From an uncultured Candidatus Entotheonella sp. (lineage in GTDB: Bacteria > Tectomicrobia > Entotheonellia > Entotheonellales > Entotheonellaceae): a DNA stretch of 64,000 bases. Of the stretch, positions 47,853 to 61,128 are shown piece after piece. The translations under genes were made by a program, and so were the position numbers. The notes beneath the pieces were generated by a model. It was not told the origin of the DNA, did no database searches, and was given only the letters and a program-made list of their open reading frames with translations. Numbering within the stretch: the stretch's first letter is position 1; each line of letters opens with the position of its first letter. The DNA lies in assembly GCA_965215335.1 (NCBI GenBank), contig CBDCDA010000001.1:1632001-1696000 (forward strand), written 5' to 3'.

Positions 47853-48330
47853 TCATGGCCGCGTGGCCCCCCACCCTCCGTCGATCTTCACACTCTGGCT
47901 GTCGATAATCGCCGCTGTAGGCTCGGCCCCTCGGCCCGCCGCCCGCCCAAGATCACGAAGGACATCCATCATGCGGTCGAAAACGCCGCTACCTTGCCAC
48001 CTGCAAAAGTAGCTGGTGACCGTGGAACAGGGCGGGAAATGTCCGGCAGCGCCCACCACTGGCAGCCCGTGGCAAGCACGTACTGGATGGCATTGAAGAC
48101 CTCCCGCAGGTCCGTCTGCGGGGACGGCCCCTTTGTCCCTGCCTGGGTAGCATCGACTCAAGGATCGCCCATTCCTTGTCTGTCACGTCGCTTTCATGGC
48201 GTTTGGCGTTACGTCTATAATCCTTGCGAGTGGTCCTGTTCCAAGGCATGTGGTCCTCCAAGTCTGGTGTTGCAATCAACTCGGAATACCACATGTCGGG
48301 ACCACTCACCACTTTAGGAACAGACTCTCA
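47853..48330 (-). pseudogene. Truncated, frameshifted IS5-family transposase (IS1031-like)
   Basis: MPW....R.DY.R...R.ESDVTD.EW; DFPP.STV..YF.RW...G; GR..EPTAAIIDSQSVK; end-like sequence cagactctc near 48321-48329. Confidence 0.8.
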
Positions 48331-48519
48331 GCTACGCCGCGATGATCTACGTGGTGAGTTCTCGCCTGGCACTTGCCTAAATGTCCACAGGCCCTCGCAC
48401 AATCACCCACCAGTCAGCGAGGAGATTCTTCGACGCCCGCTGGTCGTCTGGTATAAATTGAGGACAAGGACAGTAAGCGTCGATTTTTCCGCGCCCGAAG
48501 GACACCTGTTGGATACCAA

Positions 48520-49114
48520 TCAGCCGAAACATCATCGACCGAACAGGGTTCAATCCGCTGGCGTCGCTTCCCCGTGAGCTTCGCATCCGGGATTTCGAGT
48601 CCGCGATGCAGGACGTCCACGACTTTTTCTATGATGTGAATGCCAATCTGGTCGGCAAAGGATTGCAGCGCCTCGACGATATGTTGCGGCCAGCCATCAT
48701 GTCCGGCATTCTTTCCGACATGGTGACGGCCAGCTTGGCCAAGCACTCGCGGTCTGACCGAGGACACCTACTTCAACGGCCACCCGGACCTCATTGTGCA
48801 GGGCGTTTATCCAGAAAACGCGGTGAAGGTGGGCAACCGGGGCGTGGAAATCAAGACAACACGGAAGAAAGGTGGAGCGGTTGATACCTACGGCGCACGA
48901 GACCGGTGGATATGCGTCTTCGTCTACAGCGTGGACAATGAAACGTAGCCGGCGTCGGACAGGCAACCCATGACGTTTACGGAAGTGTACCTGAGTCACG
49001 TCAGCGTGGAGGATGCCAGGCGTAACCCGCACGGCGAACTCGGCACGCGAACCGCCACCCCTGGACCGGGCCGGGGTCAGGAAGCTGCGGCAGAACTGGC
49101 TGTATGGGAGTTAG
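48520..49114 (+). pseudogene. Degenerate PD-(D/E)xK restriction-endonuclease-like gene
   Basis: MQDVHDFFYDVN... frameshift ...FNGHPDL...GVEIKTTRKKGGAVDT; in-frame TAG at 48946-48948; convergent with MTase remnant. Confidence 0.65.
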
Positions 49115-49127
49115 CTGAGCCTTGCTG

Positions 49128-49913
49128 TCAGATTTCGAGTTCCGCCAGCGGCTGGATGGCCTTGGCGGCCATGTCAAAAAACAGGGGGTCGCTTTCGACG
49201 CCCAGCGAGGTGTATCCAGCCGCTTCCGCCGCCAGGATGGACCCGCGCCCGCGAAGGGGTTGACGGCGCCCATGCCGAGGGGAAGCACGCCTCGGACGAG
49301 TCGCCGCAAGAACGCTTGCGGCTTCAGGCTGGGATGGGGGCGATAAGCTTCTCGCGCTTTGCGCGTCGGGACGGACGGAATCACGTCCCCGAACGGCGAG
49401 CACGCCGAGGGTCGGCGAAAGCCGCTGGTCTTCCACTTTCGCAGATTATCTTGCGCCCTGTTTTCAATCGGTTTGCGGAACAGAACCCAGGGTTCCCACA
49501 TCGACCTCGGGAGCACGCTCACCCCGGCAAATTCCTGGTGCGCGGCTTTCGGGCGGTCACCGCCGCGCATGGTCATTACCAGCCTGACAATGGCGCCCCG
49601 CCTTTCAAGCCCCGCGTCCGACAGGGCTGCCGAGACGATATCGGACGGCATCGGATTGGAAGCCACGACCACATTGGCCCTTGGTACGAGCTTGGGCATA
49701 AGAAGTCGCGCCCAGATGAAGAAAAACTCTCGCAGGGAATCCTTTTGAGAGGCTGAGATACGAGCGGATTGGCGACTCGGGGATAGGTCCGTTGACGCTC
49801 GCGACTCGATCTGCAATTTGCTTGGCCGACAAACCGTTGGACGCAAGCTTCATAGCCTGGATGATTGCGTCGCGCACCCGCCCCGGCACCTGTCTGTTGC
49901 TGGCCTGTTTCAT
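49128..49913 (-). pseudogene. Degenerate DNA methyltransferase (N4C/N6A, beta-type) with N-terminal helical domain
   Basis: WEPWVLFRKP, HPSLKPQ..LRRLVR..LP, PFAGAGS..AAEAAGY..LGVE spread over several frames. Confidence 0.75.
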
Positions 49914-49964
49914 AGACGTCCAGACGTCATGTTGTCAAACAGACGCACACGAAGGAGCTCCCTC

Positions 49965-50393
49965 ATGTTCTCTGCACTGCCCACCCTGACCGTTGTAGCC
50001 GGGCTCATCCAGCGTCACGGTGACATGCTCATATGCCAGCGGCGGCGTGACGCGCCGTTCGCGTTGCAATGGGAGTTTCCGGGCGGCAAGCTGGAGGCGG
50101 GCGAGAGCAGCGAGGCGGCGCTGCGCCGGGAGTTGCAGGAGGAATTGGGCATTGTGGCCGACATCGGCGCGGAACTTTACCGCACGCGGCATGACTATCC
50201 GGGAATCTATAGCGTAAAGCTCGTTTTTCGCCACGTCACCCGCATTCGCGGCGCCCTGCACAACCGGGCCTTTGAGCAGATCCGCTGGGTCGACCCGGAT
50301 CAATTGCCGGCGTTCGGCTTTCTGACGGGCGATGCAGAACTCATCGGTCTGCTGAACCGGGGTAAGATTTCCGTGCCGCCTACCTGCGCCTGA
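49965..50393 (+). CDS. MutT-like NUDIX hydrolase
   Basis: WEFPGGKLEAGESSEAALRRELQEELGI Nudix box; AAGGAG RBS. Confidence 0.92.
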   Translation: MFSALPTLTVVAGLIQRHGDMLICQRRRDAPFALQWEFPGGKLEAGESSEAALRRELQEELGIVADIGAELYRTRHDYPGIYSVKLVFRHVTRIRGALHNRAFEQIRWVDPDQLPAFGFLTGDAELIGLLNRGKISVPPTCA

Positions 50394-50427
50394 CGTGACC
50401 TCGGTGGAATGTCGGATGACGCTTCGG

Positions 50428-50925
50428 CTAATCCGACCCGTCCGCCTCGGACAGGCAGGCGAGCAGCAAATCCAGCGCCGCCTGCGCAAACGTCCACATG
50501 TTCGCTTCGCGGTCCGTTTCCCCAGTTTCCAGCGTGATGGCGCGCGTTACCGGGCCGGCGACCGCGATGCAGGCGTGCCCGGCGGCGTCGCCGTAGCGGT
50601 TGCCCGTGGGACCGCTGGCGCCGGTTTCGGCCAGGCCCCAGGTGGCGCCCAGGGTTTCTCGGATGGTGCGGGCGTTGAGCAGCGCGTATGCCTCCGTGCT
50701 GGCGCGCAGCCCCTGCATGGCTTGGGGAGTGATCCCCAACAGCCCCTCGCGCGACGTCGCGGTGTAAATCACGCCGCCGCCCAAGTAATACGCCGAGGCC
50801 CCCGGCACCGCCACCAGGGCCGCCGAGATGAGCCCGCCGCACGAAGACTCCGATACCCCCAGCGAGGCGCCGGAGGTTTTCAGGCACTCGCCAATCGACG
50901 CCGCCATGGCTGACAATCGAGACAT
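50428..50925 (-). CDS. CinA/PncC family protein
   Basis: SESSCGGLISA.L..VPGAS.YY.GG...Y, ETGASGPTG. Confidence 0.88.
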   Translation of the reverse strand: MSRLSAMAASIGECLKTSGASLGVSESSCGGLISAALVAVPGASAYYLGGGVIYTATSREGLLGITPQAMQGLRASTEAYALLNARTIRETLGATWGLAETGASGPTGNRYGDAAGHACIAVAGPVTRAITLETGETDREANMWTFAQAALDLLLACLSEADGSD

Positions 50926-50936
50926 CGCCTCCCTCC

Positions 50937-51950
50937 TCATACCTTGCGCAGCGCCGGCAGCAGTTCGTCCGACATCAGCCGGATGCTGGACAACGCAGCT
51001 GACAACGGCAGCCCTGCCCAGTGGGTACGGATAATCAGGTGGTTCACGTTCAACTCCTCCCAATACGGCCGCAACTGTTCGTAGCAGTCCTCGGGCGATC
51101 CCAGCACAAAGCGGTCCTGCAGCAGCGAGTCGAAATCCTGGTTGAACGACTCGTTGGCCGGCATCGCGTCGTCCTGGCCCCACTTGGCGTAGTCCTGATA
51201 CTTGCCGAACAAGTGCGGGGCGGCCACGTTCAGCGCCGTGGTACGGTCCTTGGCGCAAAAAACTTCCTTGAGCGACGGCAATTCGCTCGGAAACGGCTTG
51301 TCCGCCTTGGCCAACTCGTCCCGGTACAGCACCAGCTGGCGCCGCACCGTCTCGACGGTCGAATGCGGGTTGATCATCCAGGTATCGCCCAGACGCGCCG
51401 CGCGCCGCACCGCCGCGTCGTTATTGGCGGCGACCCACAACGGCGGGCGCGGCTTCTGCGTCGGGAGGATGTTCATACGCACCGCCTCCAGCTTGCACAC
51501 CTCGTCCTCGTAAGTCACCGCCTCGCCGGACCACAGCCGCTGCACAACGTCCAGGTACGCCTCGAAACGCTTCACCCGCTGCCCCTTACGCACCCCGAAG
51601 GCATCGAACTCCACCTCCCGGTAGCCCAAGCCGACGCCGAACACGAAGTTACCCCGAGCCAGAATGTCCATCGACGCCACCGTCTCGGCCACGTATACCG
51701 GGTTGTGCAGGTTGAGCAGCAGCACGCCCATGCCGACGGTCATCTCCCCCGCCTCCGCCATCAGCCGCGACAGAAACGGCACGATCTGCAATTGCTTGTT
51801 GTTGCCCTCGTTGAGGTAGTGCTGCCCGGTGAACAGCGAATCCCAGCCGCGGTCGCGGGCCAGGCGCACCATGGCGTACTGCGCCTCCAGCGCGCCCACC
51901 ATGTCCGTATCCAGGTATTGCTGATTGGTGGCAAACAAACCGACTTTCAT
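50937..51950 (-). CDS. LLM-class flavin-dependent oxidoreductase
   Basis: GQHYL, HNPVYVAE..ASMD, FGVGLGYR..EF, RRAARLGD, GSPE. Confidence 0.9.
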   Translation of the reverse strand: MKVGLFATNQQYLDTDMVGALEAQYAMVRLARDRGWDSLFTGQHYLNEGNNKQLQIVPFLSRLMAEAGEMTVGMGVLLLNLHNPVYVAETVASMDILARGNFVFGVGLGYREVEFDAFGVRKGQRVKRFEAYLDVVQRLWSGEAVTYEDEVCKLEAVRMNILPTQKPRPPLWVAANNDAAVRRAARLGDTWMINPHSTVETVRRQLVLYRDELAKADKPFPSELPSLKEVFCAKDRTTALNVAAPHLFGKYQDYAKWGQDDAMPANESFNQDFDSLLQDRFVLGSPEDCYEQLRPYWEELNVNHLIIRTHWAGLPLSAALSSIRLMSDELLPALRKV

Positions 51951-52086
51951 CCCCGCATCCTCATGTAGGCCGGAATTAGTAAGTGATGTTACGCACTTGG
52001 CAACTCGTGAACCCATCTTGAAGTGTCTCTTCCATACAGGTTGTCGCCAGAACGCCATCGTCCAGAGGCGTAGGCCTCGCCTGCAC

Positions 52087-52150
52087 GTCATGCCGGGCTT
52101 GACCCGGCATCCATCGGCAGCCAGTGGATTCCCGCTGTCGCGGGAATGAC
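52087..52150. repeat. REP/RIME-like double-hairpin element
   Basis: gtcatgccggg-cttga-cccggcatcc ... tggattcccgc-tgtc-gcgggaatgac; terminal gtcat/atgac. Confidence 0.75.
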
Positions 52151-52216
52151 CCTTTGGGGCAAGCGTCGCAACGCCAATCTCTCAAGGCCGCACAACATCA
52201 CTTCTTTTATGAACGA

Positions 52217-52523
52217 TCAGAACCGAACATCCTCCACGTCCAACTCCCGAAACCGCCGCAACAGTTCCTCCGGCGTCACGCGCCCGATGATGCGGAACAG
52301 CACCCGACTGCGGTAATACACCACCAACGCGGGCGTGCCGAAAACGCCGTGGTCGCACGCCCAGGGACGGTGCTCGCTGAGCTTGAGGTGCAGCACCGAA
52401 ACCTGCTGGAAATCATCCAGGCCGCCGAGCATCTGCGCCATGTGGCGGCTGGCGTCGCAGCCCTCCTGCCAGAAATTCACCAGCACCAGGTCCGGGTACT
52501 GCTGCAGGAAGGTTTCCAGCTCC

Positions 52524-52531
<8 letters not shown>
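52217..52531 (-). CDS. Thioredoxin-fold protein with CxxS motif
   Basis: LVLVNFWQEGCDAS, GVFGTPALVVY, RIIG. Confidence 0.8.
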
Positions 52532-54056
<1,525 letters not shown>

Positions 54057-54119
54057 GTCCCCTTGGCGTATCAGGGTAAGAGGAAATCCCGAGTTGCAAG
54101 CGTCTTGGTCGAACGTGCT

Positions 54120-55805
<1,686 letters not shown>

Positions 55806-55992
55806 GGCATCGCTCCCTTCGTTCGCGCTGCTTGTGTCTAGTACGCTCGACTCGCTTCGCTCGCTGTGGCTGGCCTGCGCAGGGGGTCGATGACGTCTGG
55901 GAAATGGAGGCGCAAGGGTACGGTAAAGGGGGTGTGGAGTCAACGCGCCGGGCACAGAGGGCGTGCAGGTTTGATGGCTGTCCGGCTCTGAT

Positions 55993-56270
55993 TTATTGCG
56001 GCGCTGCGAAAAAGGTCTTCCACAACAAGGCGAACACGGCGAACAGCAGCAGCGTATTGAAGGCAAGCAGCAGTTCACCTTGCCGTTCAGCGCCTTGAGG
56101 TCACCGCGCAGCGATTCCATTCTCCGTGCGCGCGTCCGCGATGTCTGCCTTGGTAGCCAGTTGTCCCGTATCGGCATTCACCAGTGCAGCGACGATGGCC
56201 GATGCCCATGCTTCCGGCATGCCGCCGTCGAGCAGGCCGGTTTTGAGCCCCGGAGTCAAAGGTATTGTGG
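55993..56270 (-). pseudogene. Frameshifted DUF1640/CCDC90-like coiled-coil membrane protein
   Basis: L.DGGMPEAWASAIV...LATKADI / [14 protein letters not shown] / [18 protein letters not shown] in three successive frames. Confidence 0.6.
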
Positions 56271-57623
56271 GTTCCTTTTCGTCTTGTGACAGGACGCGGC
56301 AATCCCCATCCTGTCGCCTTGCATGATACGCCCGCATGCACGTGAAGCAAGGAAGGGGAACCAAGGTTTGCGGAGGTCGTCGCCTACCCCGCGGTGCTCT
56401 GGAGCATCTTCGCCAGGCAGGCATAAGACGCATCGCGTTCCGGGAACAGGGTGTGATTTGCTACAAAGTCCGGAGCGGAATTATCGGCTCCAGCGCGGGG
56501 CAATTGGATACAGGCCAATCAGAGGATAGCCACACACTCTTCCATACGATCATCGTTCGGAGGGACGGAGGAATAGAATCCGGTCATAATCGAGTAACAA
56601 GGCGAGGCGACCGTCGTGTACATATGTCATGTCTCGCACCTGATAGCCGATGTCTATTCTCTCGACATATTGAACCGTCTTGTCGTGATGGCGGACGCGG
56701 AATATCGAAGCGCCGTTCGACTTTCCCCACAATGAAGCAATCAGCAAGTCGTCTTCCCATAAGGGGAAATGTCGTGCGTTATTCACAACAAGGGCGGAAA
56801 TGGCGATGGACGGCACCCAGGCAAAAACAGGTCGCATAAAGCCGTTGTGCCGACTTGGGGTACCCCTTGTTGGACCGACGCCGTAGCTTACATGAGGCCA
56901 ACCGTAATGACCGCCCGCCTCTATCAGGTTGAGTTCGTCGCCCCCTCTCGGCCCATGCTCCGTTGCCCATAAATTGCCCTCCTCGTCCCGCACGAACCCT
57001 TGCGGGTTGCGGTGACCTGTAGTCAGTACTTCAGACTCGCCGGTTTCGATTTCGATGCGAACAATTTTGCCAAAATGTGGATCAGTATCGCCAGAGAATG
57101 ACTTGCCTCCATGAGTCCCGATGGTGACCAGCAAGTGATTCTGGCCCTCCGTCAACATCCTCCCGCCTGCCATCTGGAGAGCAGGAGAGGTCAAGCAGGG
57201 CTCCGCGTCGAAGATGGTTCTCCACGACGGCAGCACCGTGATACCTCCTTGCTCTCGAAGAAGGATTGTGGATGACAATCTGAACAGAAAGCACTCTCCG
57301 GTGAAATAGTGATGGGTGACAAATAGCTCAAATCGCCTTGGCGAATGTTCTTTCAATAAAATATCCGCAACTCGAAAATGCTTCCGACGCGATTTATACC
57401 CCAGCTCATTCATCGGAATCTGTCCATCAAGATACTCCACGACTCCGTGACCCCGTTCCAAGTCAATTGTGGCGAGTCTGCCGTGCGGCGTTGCGACCAG
57501 CAAACGGTCGCTCAGGCTTTCAATGGCTCCACCTGTCAAACCAACGCTCGGATCGAGCCTGACGGTATCTACTTCCAGATCATACAAGTGGGTTTCCGCC
57601 ACAACAGGACGACCGATAGCGAG

Positions 57624-57786
57624 CGCCAAGCGAGCGAGCGTCTGCTGTCCGTCCGGGCAACATCGTGCCTGAGTCGCCAAGCGAGCGAGCGTCTGCTGTC
57701 CGTCCGGGCAACATCGTGCCTGAGTCGCCAAGCGAGCGAGCGTCTGCTGTCCGTCCGGGCAACATCGTGCCTGAGTCGCCAAGCGA
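57624..57786. repeat. Perfect 51-bp tandem repeat, 3 copies plus 10 bp
   Basis: cgccaagcgagcgagcgtctgctgtccgtccgggcaacatcgtgcctgagt starting at 57624, 57675 and 57726. Confidence 0.97.
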
Positions 57787-57811
57787 CCGCGTATATGTCA
57801 CCATATAGCTG

Positions 57812-57825
57812 CCCCCCCCCCCCCC
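57812..57825. repeat. C14 homopolymer (G14 on coding strand)
   Basis: Direct count. Confidence 0.9.
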
Positions 57826-58018
57826 GGACAATTCCCACGGCGAGTCCCAACGCCGTGGCCACCATTATCCAGAAGACCAAGCGTTTCGCACGCATCAGTC
57901 AATTCCTATTCCAGAAACCTTCAATCGATGCCTTCCTGCCCGCTTTGTGGTCCCATCAAGATGTTCTCCTGCTGGTTCCGGCTGGCCGTAACGAACCTGC
58001 TCTGATGCCGTGATGCCG

Positions 58019-58435
58019 TCAAGGGGCGGTATTCAAAGGAATGGTAACGGTGCAGGTGCCCGCGTCCCATCCTGTTTCAGTAATGCGAGGCAGGAAAAAC
58101 GCTTGTCGCCCTTGACGTTGTCCTGCTCCACGTTGGCAGCCTTGAGCCGGAATTGCACGGCCACGCCGCCCGGCGCCTTCCAGTCGTAATTGTAGAAGTG
58201 CTCGGCGGTTTTGACGTAATACTGGTCGCGGTTGGCCCAGCGGTCTGTCCCGGTAAGTATCGGCCATCTGCGTCAATAGCGTCTGCCCCTAACTCTGTTT
58301 CTACTCGCTGTCGTGCCTGTTCCAGCGCAGCATCGGCTTGGACCTGTTGGGCCAACGGGCCACGGTCCAACTCGGCAGCGACGGCACCGGGCAGTTGTTC
58401 GACGATGAACTTCTCGATGGCATCCCGCTTGTGGT
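58019..58435 (-). pseudogene. N-terminal fragment of a large site-specific DNA methyltransferase (type III Mod-like)
   Basis: KRDAIEKFI...; WANRDQYYVKTAEHF...FRLKAANVEQDNVKG.KRFF across frames. Confidence 0.6.
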
Positions 58436-58494
58436 TCACAACACGGTCCTTTCCGACTCCCGCCAACCGAATTCCAGTACAGGAGGACGCCTTC

Positions 58495-58640
58495 ATGCCA
58501 AGGCCGAGAATTGCCATGATTTCGCGGACGGAACCGAACGCCGAGATCATCGAACAGCAGTTACAGGCACAGGATTACGACTTGGAGACGTACGTGTGCA
58601 GCAGCCCCGGTGAGGGCACCGAGGCCATCAAGGGCACGGC
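58495..58640 (+). pseudogene. N-terminal fragment, possibly of a D-2-hydroxyacid dehydrogenase
   Basis: AGGAGG RBS then MPRPRIAMISRTEPNAEIIEQQL...CSSPGE..EAIKG, followed by unrelated sequence. Confidence 0.35.
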
Positions 58641-58732
58641 GATGTGCGCGCCCAACTCTCCGCGTGTCCTGCCGCTCTCAATAGCTGAAACGGCGAACGA
58701 CGGGGAGGCGGCGTTTTGTGGGTAGATGACCC

Positions 58733-60022
58733 TCAGCCGAAAATGTCGGAGGTGATGCTCTTGTACCAGCCGACGGTGTACTCGGCCTCGCGCTTGCGGA
58801 AATCGGCGGAGGCGCCCTTGGGGCTGACGCCGCCGGCGCCTGCAACGCCCTTGATGGTACCGTCGTCGGCGAGGCGGTAAACGGCCGCGATCGAGATGCC
58901 GTAATCGGGTGCCACCAGGCTGTAGCAGGTGTTGATGAACGACACGGCGCCCGGCGACTCGCCGCGCAGCATGGCCGCCACCGCGGCGGCGCACGCCTTG
59001 GCCTGGCTGTTGGCGCTGTAGCCGGATTTCGGCATCTTGCCGGCAATGCAGGCGTCGCCGATCACGTGAATGCCCGGATGCATGGTGGACTCGAAGGTGC
59101 CCTGGTCCACCGGGCACCAGCCAGCGTCGTTGGTCAGGCCGGTCTGCACCGCGATACGGCCCGCCGACTGCGGCGGAATGACGTTGACCACGTCGCCGCG
59201 CAGCGGGCCGAAATCCGTCTCCAGAGTCATGCTGGTGGCGTCGACGGCGATGAGGCTGCCACCGGCCGAACCGGCGCGCCACTCGATCATGCCGGGGTAG
59301 AGTTGCGCCCAGCCCTCCATGAACAGCGGCTGCTTGGAGAACTTTTCCTTGGCGTCGAGGATGATGATTTTCGACTTCGGCTTGTGCGTCTTGAGGTAGT
59401 AGGCGATCAGACTGGCACGCTCATAAGGGCCGGGCGGGCAGCGAAAGGGGTTGGCCGGCGGCGCAATGACCACCGTGCCGCCGTCGGGCATGGCTTCGAT
59501 CTGCCGGCGCAGCAGCGAGGTCTGCGGTCCCGCCCGCCAGGCGTGCGGCATCGCTTGCGCCGCCCGCTCATCGTACCCTTCGAGGGCTCCCCACAGCAAC
59601 TGGATGCCCGGTGATACCACCAGACGGTCGTATGACAGATCGCCACCGTTTTGCAGCGCCACCTTGCGTTGTGCCGGGTCGATGCCACTCGCCGTATCGT
59701 GGACGACCGTCACCCCGTGCCGGCTGCTCAACCGGTCGTAGCCGTGGGTGATGAAGTCCATGCCGTTCAGACCGCCCAGAACCGTATTGCTGAACGGACA
59801 GGTCATGAAACGCGGGTTGCGCTCGACGAGGATCACTTCGATGCGCGGATCGGTACGCCGCAGGTATTTCGCGCAGGTGGCGCCGCCAAAACCGCCGCCG
59901 ACCACCACGACCCGGCCCGTGGCCGCCCGGCCGAGGGCCGGAAACCCTGAGACGCCTGCCGCCGAGAAGGCACCGGCACTTCCGATCAACTGGGTGAAAC
60001 GTCTGCGTGTAACGGGCATCAT
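58733..60022 (-). CDS. fccB: Flavocytochrome c sulfide dehydrogenase, flavoprotein subunit (FccB/SoxF)
   Basis: Tat [50 protein letters not shown]. Confidence 0.95.
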   Translation of the reverse strand: MMPVTRRRFTQLIGSAGAFSAAGVSGFPALGRAATGRVVVVGGGFGGATCAKYLRRTDPRIEVILVERNPRFMTCPFSNTVLGGLNGMDFITHGYDRLSSRHGVTVVHDTASGIDPAQRKVALQNGGDLSYDRLVVSPGIQLLWGALEGYDERAAQAMPHAWRAGPQTSLLRRQIEAMPDGGTVVIAPPANPFRCPPGPYERASLIAYYLKTHKPKSKIIILDAKEKFSKQPLFMEGWAQLYPGMIEWRAGSAGGSLIAVDATSMTLETDFGPLRGDVVNVIPPQSAGRIAVQTGLTNDAGWCPVDQGTFESTMHPGIHVIGDACIAGKMPKSGYSANSQAKACAAAVAAMLRGESPGAVSFINTCYSLVAPDYGISIAAVYRLADDGTIKGVAGAGGVSPKGASADFRKREAEYTVGWYKSITSDIFG

Positions 60023-60034
60023 CGGCTCCCTCTC

Positions 60035-60589
60035 TCATGGGTTGCCCAAGTGCTGTGCGATAGCGGCGATTTCGTCGTCGTCATAGCCTCTGGCGATGCG
60101 ATTCATCACCGTGCCTGCGCGGGCGCCGGCCTTGAATTCGAGCATGCGTTGCGTGATGTAAGCGGCTGACTTGCCGGACAGCGATGGGATGGCGCCGGGG
60201 CTCTCGCCGTCCGTGCCGTGGCAGGGCGCGCAGGCGTCGGCCAGCGCCGCCGGCGTGGTCCCACCGGCCGCGCTGCTCTGCCCCAGAGCAGCGAAGTGCT
60301 GCGCCACGGCGGCGATTTCGGCATCGCTGTAGCCTTTGGCGATACGGTTCATCACCGTGCCCTCACGGCTGCCCGCCTTGAATTCGAGCATGCGCTGGAC
60401 GATGTAGTCGGCGGATTTGCCGGACAGTGATGGGATGGCGCCGGGGCTCTCGCCGTCCGTACCGTGGCAAGGCGCGCAGGCATCCCCCAGCATCGCCGTG
60501 CCGGCCCTGGCGTCCGCCGCCCACATCAGCGTCGGTGTCGCCAACAGCCCGAGCGTGACGGCGAACACGACTTGCATGGACCTTGTCAT
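60035..60589 (-). CDS. fccA: Diheme cytochrome c subunit (FccA-like)
   Basis: Signal peptide; two CAPCHGTDG...TVMNRIA.GY domains. Confidence 0.9.
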   Translation of the reverse strand: MTRSMQVVFAVTLGLLATPTLMWAADARAGTAMLGDACAPCHGTDGESPGAIPSLSGKSADYIVQRMLEFKAGSREGTVMNRIAKGYSDAEIAAVAQHFAALGQSSAAGGTTPAALADACAPCHGTDGESPGAIPSLSGKSAAYITQRMLEFKAGARAGTVMNRIARGYDDDEIAAIAQHLGNP

Positions 60590-61128
60590 GAGGGTTGCCT
60601 TTCCTTAAGATTTCGCTTGTGGTGGATTGCCGTAAGAATCTGCAAGGCTTTCCCAGTTTCCGCCCATCTGATTCCTTGGCACACCGGGCATATCATTCGC
60701 TTGCTCTGATATGACGCCAACTGTACGGGGACCGCTGGAATATCAAAAAAAAGTCGTGCTTCGGCCAGTCCTCAGGGCCTGTGGACATTCAGACCGGGTA
60801 AATGTTGCCCGATTTTTGTCTGTTCCCACTCCATTAAATCATCCCATGATGTCCCATCTCGTGCGATTTGATATTCAACTCGGTGAACATCGGGGTCGTA
60901 AATAGTCCTGCTTGAGCGATGTTGGTTTATCCTATTGTAAAAGTTCTGACGTAATTCCTAGTTATCAACCGATACGAATCGGTATGCACCCCATTATCTG
61001 GGCAAAGATCTCGGCCCAGAAGCTTCGGTCCATACTCTTGGCCTGCCAGATGGAAATGGCACCCTCACGGTGTTTCCTTCTATGGTTGTGCGCCTCATCG
61101 GGAAGCGAGAGGATCCGCCGTCTGCGTC

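Larger units (their letters stand above)
56550..57895 (-). pseudogene. PQQ-dependent sugar dehydrogenase (GSDH) family gene; signal/TM segment out of frame with the catalytic domain
   Basis: AGGRM, GKIVRI, GHRNPQG, TEHGPRGGDELN.I..GG.YGWP, WVPSIAIS; N-terminal ORF 57895-57569 in another frame; lower GC. Confidence 0.75.

Noticed and set aside
47410..50000. attR duplicate of the tRNA-Pro 3' end
   Set aside because: No second copy found by eye; right border of the island undefined
57624..57786. CRISPR array
   Set aside because: Units are identical head-to-tail with no unique spacers; no cas genes in the window
57812..57825. Simple poly-G ON/OFF phase variation of the GSDH gene
   Set aside because: The catalytic frame contains TGA at 57798-57800 downstream of the tract, so no tract length restores it
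60610..61120. Gene or ncRNA in the lower-GC gap between fccA and degP
   Set aside because: Only short stop-interrupted frames and no recognisable motif or structure; possibly a decayed foreign gene
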